NCBI GenBank assembly: GCA_951406725.2
Contig: OX597817.1
Location: forward strand, 67,146,001-67,210,000
Reading direction: 5' to 3'
Origin: Octopus vulgaris
Taxonomy: Eukaryota
Length of the DNA stretch: 64,000 nucleotides
Below are positions 25,560 to 39,032 of this stretch, piece after piece (position 1 is the first letter of the stretch; the number at the start of each line of letters is the position of its first letter). Below the pieces are notes generated by a model. That model worked only from the letters and a program-made list of their open reading frames with translations, had not been told where the DNA came from and ran no database searches. Made by a program: the position numbers and the translations under genes.

Positions 25560-26430
25560 ATGGGCCATGTAACCTTCTTGTACGTTATGTTGTGTCTTAA
25601 ATCATTAGTTAGTTATTGCACCTCTTTTACCCACGTTCAACTGACCACCTTAATCAACTTCATCGATTCCTTCTAGCCAGCCCTTAAATTCACTTCTACC
25701 ATATTCTCCTCCTCTGTCAATTCCTTCGACATCCCTATCACCATTGATTGTCCAAACCTCTCCCACCCCACATCTATTTTTTATTACATCAACCAACTTC
25801 CGATTCCTACTCTTAATTCGACTTCATCTCTTTGCACCCCAACCACTTCAATCCTGCATCTCCTACTCACAATTCGTACACTTTCGCTGCCTCTCAAGCT
25901 AGAATCATGATTTTGAAACCCAGTCCCCACCTGATGGCTTCCCAATTCAATCGTCGAGGTTACCCCCAGACCATTGTCAATAATACCTGTATCCACATCC
26001 ATAACTTTAATCGCATATCTGCACGCACACCTTTGACTGTTTACCTTTACATCTCTTCTACGCGCATATCTTGTCTCTTCAACGGTCTACCTTACGCATT
26101 TTCCGCCTACTCCACGTAGACTCTGTCATGTACTCTGTATTTCATGAAAAGATCCCTTCCTAATAAAAACAGACCCGTAATTTGTGTGACCTATTTGTTC
26201 GCAGCTCTTCTAACTTTCCTAACATCCCACTCGGAGCTTTTTCCTGCTCCCAAACCAGGTGTGTTACATGCCTTTACATCCAGAACTACTATTCTTCTTG
26301 GTCTCAACTATCGTCGCTTTCATATCACTGACCATTTCACCTCACAAAATACGCTATTTACTGCCTTAAATCTCAGTTTTATAGCTTCTGGAAATCTTTC
26401 GTTACATATCTGTGACCTCTTCAGTGACAC
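25560..26430 (+). mobile_element. Penelope-like RT C-terminus and GIY-YIG-proximal remnant
   Basis: Broken frames LTTLINFIDSF*PALKFTST, HPNH..PYSQF, FNRRGYPQTIV and FHITDHFT match Penelope RT thumb and linker motifs. Confidence 0.75.
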
Positions 26431-26469
26431 TTTCCGTCACCGCGTATGATCCCATTCCGCTTAACACAA

Positions 26470-27240
26470 ATTCATAAACATGGTTCCGGATTCAGTCCCA
26501 CTGCGTGGCACCTTGGGCAAGTTTCTTCTACTATAGAGTCGGGCCGACCAAAGCCTTGTGAGTGGATTCGGAAGCTGAAAGAAGCCCGTCGTATATATGT
26601 ATATATGTATGTGTGTGTTTGTGCATCTGTGTTTGTCCCTCCCAACATCGCTTGACAACCGATGCTGGTGTGTTTACGTCCCCGTAACTTAGCGGTTCGG
26701 CAAAATAGGCCGATAGAATAAGTACTACACTTACAAAGAATAAGTCCTGGGGTCGATTTGCTCGACTAAAGGCGGTGCTCCAGCATGGCCGCAGTCGAAT
26801 GACTGAAACGAGTAAAAGAGTAATATATATAGGTGCAGGTATGACTATATTAGCTTCGCAATCACGTTGTTACGGGTTTAGTCCATTCCTGTGGCAACGT
26901 GGGCAAGCGTCTTTCTAGTCTTGCCACGGATTGACGAATGCCTTGTGAGTGAATTTGGTAGACGGAAGCTGTGGAAGCTCGCCGTATAGCTTTCTATGAA
27001 TGTATGAGAGTATGCATGCGCGAAAGTTTGTGTGTTTGTACACTATCGTTTGAGAACCGGTGTTGATCTGTTTACGTTCCCGCAACTCAGCATTTTTTGA
27101 AAGAGACGGATACTACAAGTACCAAACTTAAAAAAAAAACAACAAGATTATATACTGAGCTCGATTCGTTCGACTAAACATTTCCAGGCCGTACTCTGGC
27201 ATAGCCGCAGTTCAATGATTGGAACAAGGTTAAAGACTAT
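26470..27240 (+). mobile_element. Tandem SINE family A copies (young 26470-26822; older 26833-27240)
   Basis: Canonical family A head and tail twice. Confidence 0.85.
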
Positions 27241-27756
27241 ATCTATATAATGTATATAGAAACAGAAGCAGAAGAAGAAAATAGAGTGGGTACACACACA
27301 AACAAAACGCACACACACATACAACCTCAGACACACATACACACACTCAGACACACACACAACCTCAGACACACACACAACATCAGACAGACACACACAC
27401 AAGCACACACACACAAACTCAGACACAAACATACGCCTACTCCCAATTACCCACAAATTCGTGTACGCTTGCTTACACATTATTCCACAACTATATAAAC
27501 ATCGATAGCATCATATATATTTGACACCCTATTCTGTGATCAATATCAAATATTTTCCATCAATTTTATCGAAGATTATTTTGAGACAAAGAAATAAATA
27601 ATAATAAATAAATAAATTTATAAATAAAAAAAAAGTTACTTTTTTTTAATAGTCCACAAGTTCGTCATCAGCAGGAGTAGCAACTATTAATATTTAAATC
27701 ATTCGCACCACCACCATCATCAATCATTATCATCATCATCAATCATCACCATCATC

Positions 27757-27794
<38 letters not shown>

Positions 27795-27798
27795 ACAA

Positions 27799-27842
<44 letters not shown>

Positions 27843-28510
27843 CCATCATCATCACCATCATCATTATCTGCAATACATAAATGTGGGAAAAGGTAGTGTA
27901 GTGATAGATGGTAGTATTGGTGTTGATGATGGTGGAGGTGGTAGTGGTCGTGATGGTGATGGTGGTGGTGGTGGTGATGGTGGTGATGGTGATGCTGGTT
28001 TATTGTTGCTTTGGTGGTGGTCATGGTAGTAGTGGTGACACTGAAGATTGTGAGAGATGTTACGATGACGGCAGCCGTGGTGAGGTAATGGCCTTCATGG
28101 TGATAGCGATAATGGCTAGGGTGGTGTGAACGGTGGTGGTGGCAGTGGCGGTAACGGCGGCGGCGGCAGTGGTGGTGGTGGTGGTGGTGGTGGTGGTGGT
28201 AGCACAACTCCATTGATAGTGGTGGAATCATCGACGTCACAATCAGTAGAGATTTTCATATCTCATTGCTTTCTATAGTTTCATTAATTTTGCTGTTCAT
28301 ATTTCTTTTATCAATACTGTTTTAAACGAACAAACATATGTATGTGTGTGAGAGAGAATAATATATATATATATATATATACATATACATTTTTTACACG
28401 AGTATGTATGCATATATATGTACATAAAGCTTTCTTTATCTATCTATCTATCTTTCTAAGTATGTATGTATGTATGTATGTATGTATATATGTGTGTGTG
28501 TGTGTGTGAA

Positions 28511-28554
<44 letters not shown>

Positions 28555-28648
28555 GTATATGTATATGTATATATATATATATACATATACATTTTTTACA
28601 CGAGTATATCTGCATATATATATGTACATAAAGCTTTATCTGTCTATC

Positions 28649-28721
<73 letters not shown>

Positions 28722-29194
28722 AGTATTTATGTATGCATGTATGTATATATATATGTATGTATGTATGTATGTATGCATGTATATATGTATATATATATAT
28801 ATGTAAATAATTATATTATATATATATATATGAATAATATATGAATATATCTATGTGCGTTAATATGTGTATGTGTGGGGAGGCGGGTCGGATTGTTTTG
28901 ATATTTTAGCACATTTGGTCTTCTAACGGAAGTTTCAAGTTAAACAGCTTGAGTCAAAAGATTTGTTATCGTACACAATAATCAGGTCACCAAGTGCCAT
29001 TTCCCCTTTCTTCCTCTCTCTCTCTCTCTCTCTTCTTCTTTCTCTTTTTCTCTCTCTTCTCTCCGCCTCTCTCTCTCTCTCTCTTTTTCCTTGTATTGTT
29101 TTTTTTTTTTTTTTTGCTGTTTTCTTTCTGGATGACGGAATTCTAAGCATTCCATCGATAGAAATCAATATTGCAGAACTGGAATTATGCCAGT

Positions 29195-29250
29195 ATGTTC
29201 ATAGTCTGTATCTTGTTTGTGCTCTATATCTTACTGAAGATCCTCTGTAC

Positions 29251-29252
<2 letters not shown>
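29195..29252 (+). CDS. Candidate first coding exon encoding a signal-peptide-like MFIVCILFVLYILLKILCT(G), phase-1 donor
   Basis: ATG at 29195 with an upstream in-frame stop; 19 hydrophobic codons plus 1 nt; donor CAG|GTGTGT; preceded by a CT-rich leader and a GC-box-like GGGAGGCGGG at ~28878. Confidence 0.35.
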
Positions 29253-29307
<55 letters not shown>

Positions 29308-29430
29308 TGTGTGTGTATGTATTTATGTGTGCGTGTGAGTGTGTATGTATGTATGTATATGTGTGAGTGTGTATGTATGTATGTGTGTGTATGAGTGTGT
29401 GTGTGTGTCTGTGTGTGTATGAGTATGTGA

Positions 29431-29482
<52 letters not shown>

Positions 29483-29489
29483 TGTTCTA

Positions 29490-31015
29490 TATTTCATCAT
29501 TTAAATTCTTCCTCTGAAGAAAGAGCTGGTTTCAAACAAAGACAAAAAATCTCCATCTTTGGAATGTAGATAACGAAAACAATGTTACACGTTAAACCTG
29601 AGAAAAGTCTTGTATACTTTTACTGTTCTGCTTACAGATTGAGTTTGTAACGTACGAATCCGTTGGTTAATTTCTATTTCTGAAAATCCAAGCTTATCCA
29701 GACTGACAGGGATTTATTTACAAAATACCAATTATTGTTGGTATAAATGGGAATTTGCAATCCAGATATAGAAACTGGAGGTTTCGAAGCAGATGTCCAT
29801 AGTTATCTTCTTTCTCTTTGATTCTCAAAGAGGCATTCACATCAGCTGGACAGCTGATCTATAACGGTACATACTTATTTTTTTTGTCCCAAGCAACAAT
29901 ATCCGGCCTGTTATGTTTACACTTCACACATGTTTTGATGAAAATGTTCGTGTTTTAGAGTTATTAACCTCTCCTCAAGAGCTTGTTGTGAATGGTCATC
30001 ATACAATTTTCTTAATTTGTTTATAAGATGTGACTGATGAGGTGTAAACTCATTGTCCCGCTTACATTTTATCATCGTTGTTAACCATTCAATATGGCGG
30101 CATAGATTGCTGATGTTTTCTTCAAATTTTGTTTTCAATCCAGGTTGCTTCGGTTTAATACTTTCATTATCATGTATACTGCAGATTTTTCCAAGGTGTT
30201 CTTTAAGAGTTATAGCAGCTGTGTATACGAGGGTATTAATACTCCAGTAATTAATATCACGTGATTCTATGTGCTCTCCAGCGACACCGTCGGTAACTTT
30301 CAACATTAGAACTGTTGGATTCTTTTTTAATCGTGTTAAGAACGGTCTGTTACTTAACTATAGTTTTGAGAAAGTAGAAAAGTTTTCTATGAACAGTGGT
30401 TTCAGGCTATTTCTTAGTTGAACATGTTCTACAATTGTCTCTGTTGACTCAGCTATATTTGGAGAGACACGCGAATTTAATGATGGCAGCGGTTTGTTTA
30501 CATTATTTCGATCTCTCTTTTGGCAAGTTTTGGCCAATTCTCAGTGCTTTGAGAAGATCGATTTGTATTACGAAAGCAAGTAATTTTTCTCTTAATAAAA
30601 GATGCTTGTTGTCGACATTGTTTCGCAATAAAGATGCTTGAATTGGGGTAAGATTCGTCCCGGTATTTTTTAACCGCTCCATGTATCCGGCAGAAGAGTC
30701 TTCACGGGCATTTTCATAACATCGAAGTAAATTTTTGTTTACATGTAAAGTTCAAGTAACATGAGAGGAGTACTTACATCTTTGATAGCTTACTGGTACT
30801 GTAGTGCTGTTTTCGTCGATGGTAGTGTTGTTAGTTTCAGCCATAATCGTATCAGCGAAATTCCACATGGTATCAGGTAAATCTTTAAAATCTGGTCTGA
30901 ATAACACTACGTTCGTAGATAAAAGGTGTTTTTTCTTATATATATAAAGGGAGAAATAAACCTGTTGCTGATTTAGGCTGGGGGAGTCGTCATAGATGTA
31001 GAAAGGAAGGTTCAA
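29490..31015 (-). mobile_element. Internally deleted R4/Dong-like RLE non-LTR retrotransposon (N-terminal region joined to the REL endonuclease, RT absent)
   Basis: N-terminal ..TLHVNKNLLRCYENAREDSSAGYMERLK.. and WSINTLVYTAAITLKEHLG..FEENISNLCRHIEWL are followed directly by KHNRPDIVAWDKK..ISCPADVN..KEKEDNYGHL..PTIIG (PD-(D/E)xK REL) ending KTFLRF. Confidence 0.8.
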
Positions 31016-31071
31016 AAATTTATTTTAAACGGCCCTATACATTTGAACGTCTGATGTTGACGGCACCATCT

Positions 31072-31103
<32 letters not shown>

Positions 31104-31356
31104 TGTATGTATGTATGTATGTATGTATGTATGTATGTATGTATGTATGCAATATAAGTTGAAAGGTGACTTTTGATAGTAGAAGCTGAAAGTAGTTTCT
31201 TTGCCAAATCAAATGACCAAGGTAATAAGACAACTCCTTAAACTATCGTTCGACCTTTTAGAAGAAGCAACAATATTTCCCTCAAATCACAACCTATCAT
31301 CTTAAAAAGGCAAGACACACTGGTCTATGTTTATTTCTGAAATGCTGGTTCTAGAG

Positions 31357-31607
31357 CAGTTGTTTTCAACCAATTTTTGCCTATGGACCACTCTGAGTCC
31401 TCTTTTACTCAGAGAGGCGGTCCCTCACAGCCGTTTGATGTCTAGAAGCTTTTGTTATAATTCAATGATTAAGTATTAGGAATAGTACTAAAAAAGTGTT
31501 TAAATATTTTGTGTATTGTAGAAATATAACCAGTTTATCGCACATAAAATTTTACAAAAAAAAATCTTATATAGACCCCCAATATGGACCCCAGTTGAGA
31601 ACCACTA
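31357..31607. mobile_element. hAT (Charlie-like) MITE
   Basis: TIRs CAGTTGTTTTCAAC / GTTGAGAACCACTA; decayed 8-bp TSD TTCTAGAG / TTTTAGAA. Confidence 0.75.
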
Positions 31608-31949
31608 TTTTAGAATAAGGGCATGCGTCCATGGGTTTCGCAGGACAGCTTTATAATTGATTCGGTTGCTGTGGTCACAAATTCCAAAGAAATGCGATGG
31701 TTTATACCTAGAGAGTATTTAATTTTAAATATTCTTGATCAGAGATCATAGGAAAATAATGATTAACGAGAAAATGAATTCGATATTAATCTAAATATCA
31801 GTATTCATGGCCTGTGTAAAAACTTGTAGAATCAATAGGTAGTCAGAAAGACTAGCAAGATAAAAGCCACATTTTACAATTACACTAATATACAAATCTA
31901 TATATACATTTTCCCACTAAATGACAAAGAGATATATCAGAAATATTTT

Positions 31950-33630
31950 AAGGCGTCGATCTGTCAGAATCATTAGCACGTCGGGCAAAATACTTAGGGG
32001 CATTTCGTCTGTCTTTACATTCTGAGTTCAAATTCCGTCGAGGTCCGACTTTTCCTTTCATACTTTCGGGCTCGATAAAATAAGTACCAGTTGAACACTG
32101 GGATCGACGTAATCGACTTATCCCCGAAATTGCGGGCTTTGCGCCAAAATTTAAAACCAATATTATCACAAGTATCTTATACACCACCGTTAGAATAACC
32201 ACATTAAAGCAAACAACTATATTTTGCAGTAATTGTTATGGCTTTTGTGTATTGGGTTATCGGGTAGGAGACTTAATCCGCCAGTTTTACATCGCTACCA
32301 GGTCCTTGGGTAACTTTAACAGATACCACTTTGTTGCAACCGCGTGGTTTCGAGTTCAGTCCCACTGTGCAGCACCTTTTGCAAGTGTACTATATAATCA
32401 CATGCCGACCACCAATGTCATGTGAATGAATTTGGTAAAGGGAAACTGTGTGGAAACACACATACCACACACGCACACACGCACACACACACACACACCC
32501 TCACACACATATGTATATACATACACATGTGTGTATGTGTGTTGTGTTTACTCCATCTCTGCTTAACAACTGGTGTTGGTTTGCTTACATCCCCGTAACC
32601 TTGCTGTTCAGCAAAAGAGACGGATAGAAATAAGTGCCAGACTTAAAAAGACACGTACTGGGATCGATCAACTCGACTAAAATTCTGAAGGTAGCGCTCC
32701 AGCATGGCTACAGTCCAATGACAAATAAAACAAAAATAGAAGACGTGTTTATCGTATATTATTTGGCTACTCACAACCTCATTAAAAAGGCACAGTTTCA
32801 TCACATTTCTATATTTTGCTACAGTCGGTAGGACCAAGCAGGGCTATGTAAGATGGAATACATCTGATAACAGAAGAATACTTCGATTGCAATACGGTGC
32901 ACCTAGACACGGAAATTTTGCCGCACGTATAGACATGTAGCGTCTTGGTTTGGAGTAACAGATAGGCGGATAGAGTATCAAAAAATAAACTAAAACTCTT
33001 ATTGCTTGTCTCAGTTTGCCAGCACTGCACAGCTTCGTGACAAAGAGATTAAATTTTTTTTACTGTTCAGTTAATACCGCACAATAATTCACCGTTGAGA
33101 TATTAATGCAGGTAGTAATGACAAATGTTTCGTTAAACTGTAGTAATGAGTTAAGCCTAGTTTTGCTTTATTATTTAACCTTTCAAAGAGGTGAGCTGGT
33201 AGAATTTTTGGCATGCCGGACAAAATGCTTAGCGATATTTCGTCCGTCTTTGCGTTCTGAGTTAAAATTCTGCTGAGGATAACTTTACCTTTCATCCTTT
33301 CGGACTCCATGAAATAATTACCAGTTGATCATTGGAGCCAATATAAACGATTTGCCCCTCCTAATATTCCAGGCGTTGTGCTTAATATAGAAAGGATCAT
33401 TTGACTCTCTAAGGCGGAGGGCTGGGAGAATCATTTGCACATCGATCAAAATGCTTAGCGGTATGTCTTTCTGCTCTTTACGTTCTTAGTTCGAAAATCC
33501 AGCTGAGAACAACTTTGCCTTTCCTCCTTTTGTAGCCGATAAAATAAAATACCAGTCAAATACGGGGATTGATGTAATCGCCCTCACGTCAAAATTGCTA
33601 GCTTTGTGCTAAAACTAGAAAGCATTATCT
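31950..33630 (+). mobile_element. Older SINE copies: family B at ~31950-32165, ~33190-33400 and ~33410-33630; family A at ~32330-32740
   Basis: Degenerate matches to the family consensus seen elsewhere in the window. Confidence 0.75.
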
Positions 33631-34799
33631 AACCCTCGCTAGTCAATCTTGCTTGAGAAGCCATATAATGAAGGTTGTTGCAGCCGTGATTACTTCATCT
33701 TTCCTCTCGATGTAGTGGAACGTGGACTTCATTATCCAACATGTTCTTTTATTTTAAAACGGTAGATTTGTAATGTGAGGAGAGATTAAGCAGCTATTTT
33801 TAGCAAACCCAACTATCACGTAGAAACTCCCAAGTTCCTTTCAACACTCTAGTCTCCTTGTGATCTTAGGCCGTGATTCATGTGCTCAAAATGTTGCCTT
33901 AGTTTTCACTTCTAACACCATTATTCCTTGAGTGTTACTGAAACCAAATGACTGGGCGAGTTTGGCAAATATAAAACCAATATCTCTAGCAGACGTTTAT
34001 TTTTCTTTCTTTCTTAGCGATTAAATGAGCAGACATACTTCGTCCTACTATCTGTTATGAAACGTTCATATCTTCCAATATTAATCTTAGAATTCACATT
34101 TTCTACACGCGCGCGCGCACTCACACACACACACATAAATACACACACACACACACGAGAAATAATAGAAATACAATCGCATGCACACCTATTACGATCT
34201 ATCTATCTGATTGGAAAGAAACCAAAGTAAAGAATTCCTCTACTCATGGTTACGTCAAACTGAAGCCTTGGAAAGTTATTGTGTTTTAGAGATCTATTTT
34301 TTTTACTCTCTGAGTATTTCTATGAAAGAGATTGCAATAAAGCGAGTATAACGACCTACAACCTTTTCACAGCTTAACACGAATATATATTTGAAGAAAT
34401 TGTAGATAGGCATCGTATGTCTATGCACGTAGAAACACGCGCGCACATATACAAATATATACACACATGTATGCATGCATGTATGTATGTATGTATGTAT
34501 GTATGTATGTATGTATGTATGTATGTATGTATGTATGTATGTATGTATGTATGTGTATTTGTGTGTGTAATGTAGTGGGGAAAACAGCACGGCATGTATG
34601 TTTTACAGGATTTAGTTCCGTACTTCCATGATTTTAGTTCGATTCCCGCCGGTGTAAGCTTTGCGTTTCCTATCTCAGGGGTCTATAAAGTAAATTCTAT
34701 TTATGCCAATGATTCGATTCAATAGACTGCTAAAGTGTACTCTCTCCTACTAATATGTACTTTGTTCTTATTTGGTATATTGTGCATTAATATCTGTTA

Positions 34800-34979
34800 T
34801 CTTTTACCTTTTAGTTGCTTCATTTATTAGAGTGCGGCCATGCTGGGGCCCCGCCTTGAAGAATTTTAGTTGAACAAATCGACCCCTGTACTTATCTTTT
34901 TAAAGCCTGGTACTTATTCTATGGGACTCTTTTGTCAAATCGCTTCATCAAAGTGATGGGGGACAAATACAGACACAAA

Positions 34980-35043
<64 letters not shown>

Positions 35044-35053
35044 TACACACACA

Positions 35054-35096
<43 letters not shown>

Positions 35097-35200
35097 GCTT
35101 CTTTCAGTTCCCGTCTACCAAATCTACTCACAGGGCTTTGGTCGGCCCGAAGCTATCGTTGAAGACAGTTGTCCAAGATGCAATGTGGTTTGCAGACAAC
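34800..35200 (-). mobile_element. SINE family A
   Basis: Reverse complement of the family A head and tail with (CA)n interior. Confidence 0.8.
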
Positions 35201-35667
35201 TTATATATACTTATATATGGGGGGGGGGGGCTGTGTGTGTGTATGTGTGTGTGTGTGTGTGAATCTTAAAACTGGTTGGTTGCGGTTTACTACAGCTGTT
35301 TCAGAGGTGTTCTTTATTGGATGAACAAAAGTGTTACATCATCAATAAAGAAAAGGTTTGAAACAGCTGTCGTGACCTGAAACCTATCTGTGTTATCATT
35401 TATTTTCCACCTAACTCGGAACGTTCCATACGTTTAGATCTGGAGTATGTCGTCGAATTGGAATACGTGCAGTGAGTGTACTCTGGTGTGACTTTGATGT
35501 CACATTGTGGAGTCAATTAGCTACTCATTAATGAATGGATAATTGGAAGGGCAATCCGTATCTACTCTATTAAGTACGTATATGTCAATATACATTGTCG
35601 GTACACAGATGCGCTACATCCTTGATGCTTTTACCATTTGAATACCTGATTATTTCAAATTCTGAAT

Positions 35668-35740
<73 letters not shown>

Positions 35741-35743
35741 TAT

Positions 35744-35775
<32 letters not shown>

Positions 35776-35803
35776 GTATGTATGTATGTATTTATATATA
35801 TAA

Positions 35804-35872
<69 letters not shown>

Positions 35873-36029
35873 AACAGTTTTGGGTAAGAAGTCCCGCGGC
35901 TTTCACACATTTGATAGAAAGAAAGAAAAAACTTCTTTTACAGGGCTTGCTTAGTAAAACTGAATGATTGCTGCAATAACTGTTTGAATCTGAGAGGGGA
36001 ATATGTTGGATAAATCATAATTAACTGAA

Positions 36030-36080
36030 CCTCCTGTATTTTCTTTTACCCAAAGTCAGGAACTTTTCAGCACCCCACGT
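36030..36080 (-). mobile_element. Isolated mariner-like TIR end
   Basis: Minus strand TACGTGGGGTGCTGAAAAGTTCCTGACTTT next to TA; partner TIR not found. Confidence 0.4.
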
Positions 36081-36097
36081 ATATATTATATCGTTTA

Positions 36098-37270
36098 TCT
36101 CTTATTATAAAAGGCAGATTTTATCTGCCTCCCTTTGGGAGTTATACAAATCTACAATATAGGATTTCTTCAATTACAATTTACCTAGCAGTTTTAAGAG
36201 TACAATGCATCGCGTCATGCCAGGTCCAGTTTTTAAAATTTAAACTCCAATTAAGCAAAATTTACAGAAAACTCACATTCTGGTGTGTGTGTTAAATGCT
36301 TTTCTTAGTCTGGTTTACACCACACGCAAACGCACACACACAGTGGGCAACGAATAAAATGAAAGTAAATGTAATATTTGTTTCTGTCTATCACGCTGAT
36401 AGATACATGAGTAAAATGTATGGGAAGCTAACAGATAACAGTGAGTGAAAATGTTCTTGGAAGAGAGTAAATTAGCGACAGTGATTTGAGGAAGACTAAA
36501 CTGAAACTATGAAACAGTGTTTATGTATAAACAGACGACACTTATATAAACCCTTTCGTTACCAAACCGCCCGAATTTACCTATTCATATTTAAATGAGA
36601 ATATCAGAGTAAATCTCTTTAGTACATTCGTGAAAACACGTATTATACTTCGTAAACACTTCAAATACAGTTTTGTACAAAAATCGAAGTGTAATTTTAA
36701 TTCCGTGAATTATGGGAGATTTTTTTCCGAAATTTGTTCCTATTGTGTTTTCAAAATTTGTAATTCTGACAAAAAATGGATACGAATTTCATTATATCAA
36801 GCAGCGAGTCAGAATTCGAAGGATTTTCTACTGAAGACCTTCATAAATCTAACTCTATGACTGAAAAAAAAAGCATCTTTATATAAGAGTGAAGTTGTGT
36901 GTCTGTCCCCTTCGATTTACATTCGTAATTACTCCCACATTTTGCGGTGCAGTTTAACCAAAAGCGGGTATCTTATAGTCGTGATTCATATCGAGCCCTC
37001 CTGGGTATTAGCGCGCATCTACGATGAGTCTACGATTTAAAAAAAATTTACCATCATATTTTTCCATTTTAATGCATTTTTTTCGCTTTTATATAATTGA
37101 AGTAACTCTCTAAAAATATCTACGATGTGTCAACGATTTAAAAAAAATTTACCTTAATTTTTTTTCAATTTTTAATGCATTTTTTTGCTATTTTTTGCCT
37201 ATAACTCTCTAAAAATGCTTATATAGTTATTTCCCTTACAAACCCGAGCAACGCCGGGCGATACTGCTAG
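36098..37270 (+). mobile_element. Non-autonomous Helitron, composite (two 5' TC ends at 36098 and 36876 sharing one 3' end)
   Basis: A|TCTCTTATTATAAAAG and A|TCTTTATATAAGAG starts; 3' hairpin CCCGAGCAACGCCGGG followed by CTAG|T. Confidence 0.8.
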
Positions 37271-37607
37271 TCTTATATAAAGCGATGTGAGGAACAAGCA
37301 CACACATGTTATACAATGGGCTTCAACACAGCCTCTGTCTCAAAATTCACTCACGTGTTATTGGTCAGCCGGGGTCATTGTAGAAGACACCTGCCCAAAG
37401 TGCCACTCACTGGGACTGAATCTGAATCATGTGGTTGCAAAAGCGAACTTCTTAACCATATAGCCATGAAATGCACACACACACACACACACACGTATGC
37501 ATGTATGTATGTATGAATAAATATTGATACATATAAATGTATATATAATATATATTACACATACACACACACGCACTCACACATACATACATAAAAGGCA
37601 TATGTTA

Positions 37608-37680
<73 letters not shown>

Positions 37681-38661
37681 GTGCACGCGTTTAAACTTTT
37701 AAATTGAGGTATTTTTCTGTCTCGATTGAATATCAGTCAAGTATGGTCACTCTAGATTTGAGGATAATTTAACTGTTATTTTTAGCCGATGAAGTGACCA
37801 TATAGGTTGAACGTTGGGGTTTCGACATCAAAATGTAATGTCATTAACTACCGTTTTTAAAACGAGATGATTAAGATGACATTAATCATTTTGATAATGT
37901 ATTTTTCTCATCAAATAATTATTTCTAATTAAATTTTCTATGCTCACTGCATTAAAAACGGTAATACTAACTTGACTATCGTTTTTTCCTGCGTATGGCG
38001 TCTCTGACTAACAAACCTCAGTGGTTTCTTTTTCTTTTTTCTTTCTTTTCATTTTGTTTTCTTCATCAAAATGCAGTGGTTTCATTTGTCAGAGTTATTC
38101 CTTCGCTAAATTTTTAGTTTGAAAAAAAAAATTCCTAAAAAAATTGAATTCTATATATATTTCAATGCATGTCATTCTATCTACTTAAGTACATATGTAC
38201 TCTCATCACTGGAGTTTGATCGCCATTTTCTTATATTAAAACAGTGTTTATTTACACACTTTCCGTGTGTCTATAGCAACAAAATGTACTTATTTGTTTT
38301 ATTTTTCAATTCTCAACTTACAATATTATACTGAAGTCTACAGTGAACTCAGGAAAAAAGTCAAACTTTAAAATTATAGAGGAAATTTCAAATAGAGAAT
38401 TTTGCTCAAAGGAATCCAATTACATTGTATCCAGCATTTCCTGGGCTTGCTGTAAACTTTGGTATGATATTGTAAGTAAAACGAGTGAAGAAAAAAATTA
38501 AGTACATTTTTTTTTTGCAATAGAAAGGGCAGAATGAAATTATGAAATTATGAAAATGATAAAATGAGGCGCAATACCCACTCGACCCCTGAAGTCATTT
38601 AGACATTATTTTGGACAGTGTTTCCTCTCATTTTTCCTTTTTTTAAAAAAAAAAATTCACG

Positions 38662-38810
38662 TGGTAAGTAGCTTGCTTCCCAACCACATGGTTTCAGGTT
38701 CCTTCCCACTGTGTGGCACCTTGGGTAAGTGTCTTCTACTATAGCCTCAGGCCGACCAAACCCTTGTGAGTGGATTTGGTAGACGGAAACTGAAGCCCGT
38801 CGTATATATG

Positions 38811-38853
<43 letters not shown>

Positions 38854-39026
38854 ATGTATATGTTTGTGTGTCTGACCGATGGTGGTGTGTTTACGTCCCC
38901 GTAACTTAGCGGTTCGGCAAAAGAGACTGATAGAATAAGTCCTAGGGTCGATTTGCTCGACTAAAGGCGGTGCTTCAGCATGGCCGCAGTCAAATGACTG
39001 AAACAAATAAAAGAGTAAAAGAGTAA
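38662..39026 (+). mobile_element. SINE family A, young full-length copy
   Basis: Canonical head and tail ending in (AAAAGAGT)n. Confidence 0.9.
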
Positions 39027-39032
39027 TCTTCC

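Noticed and set aside
27755-28240. 161-aa poly-His/poly-Asp ORF
   Set aside because: Produced by (CAT)n/(GGT)n repeats; no splice or homology support.
30770-30900. Minus-strand exon-like segment with GTAAGC/GTAAGT donors (MAETNNTTIDENSTT..)
   Set aside because: It continues into R4-like N-terminal motifs and is better explained as the start of the LINE ORF.
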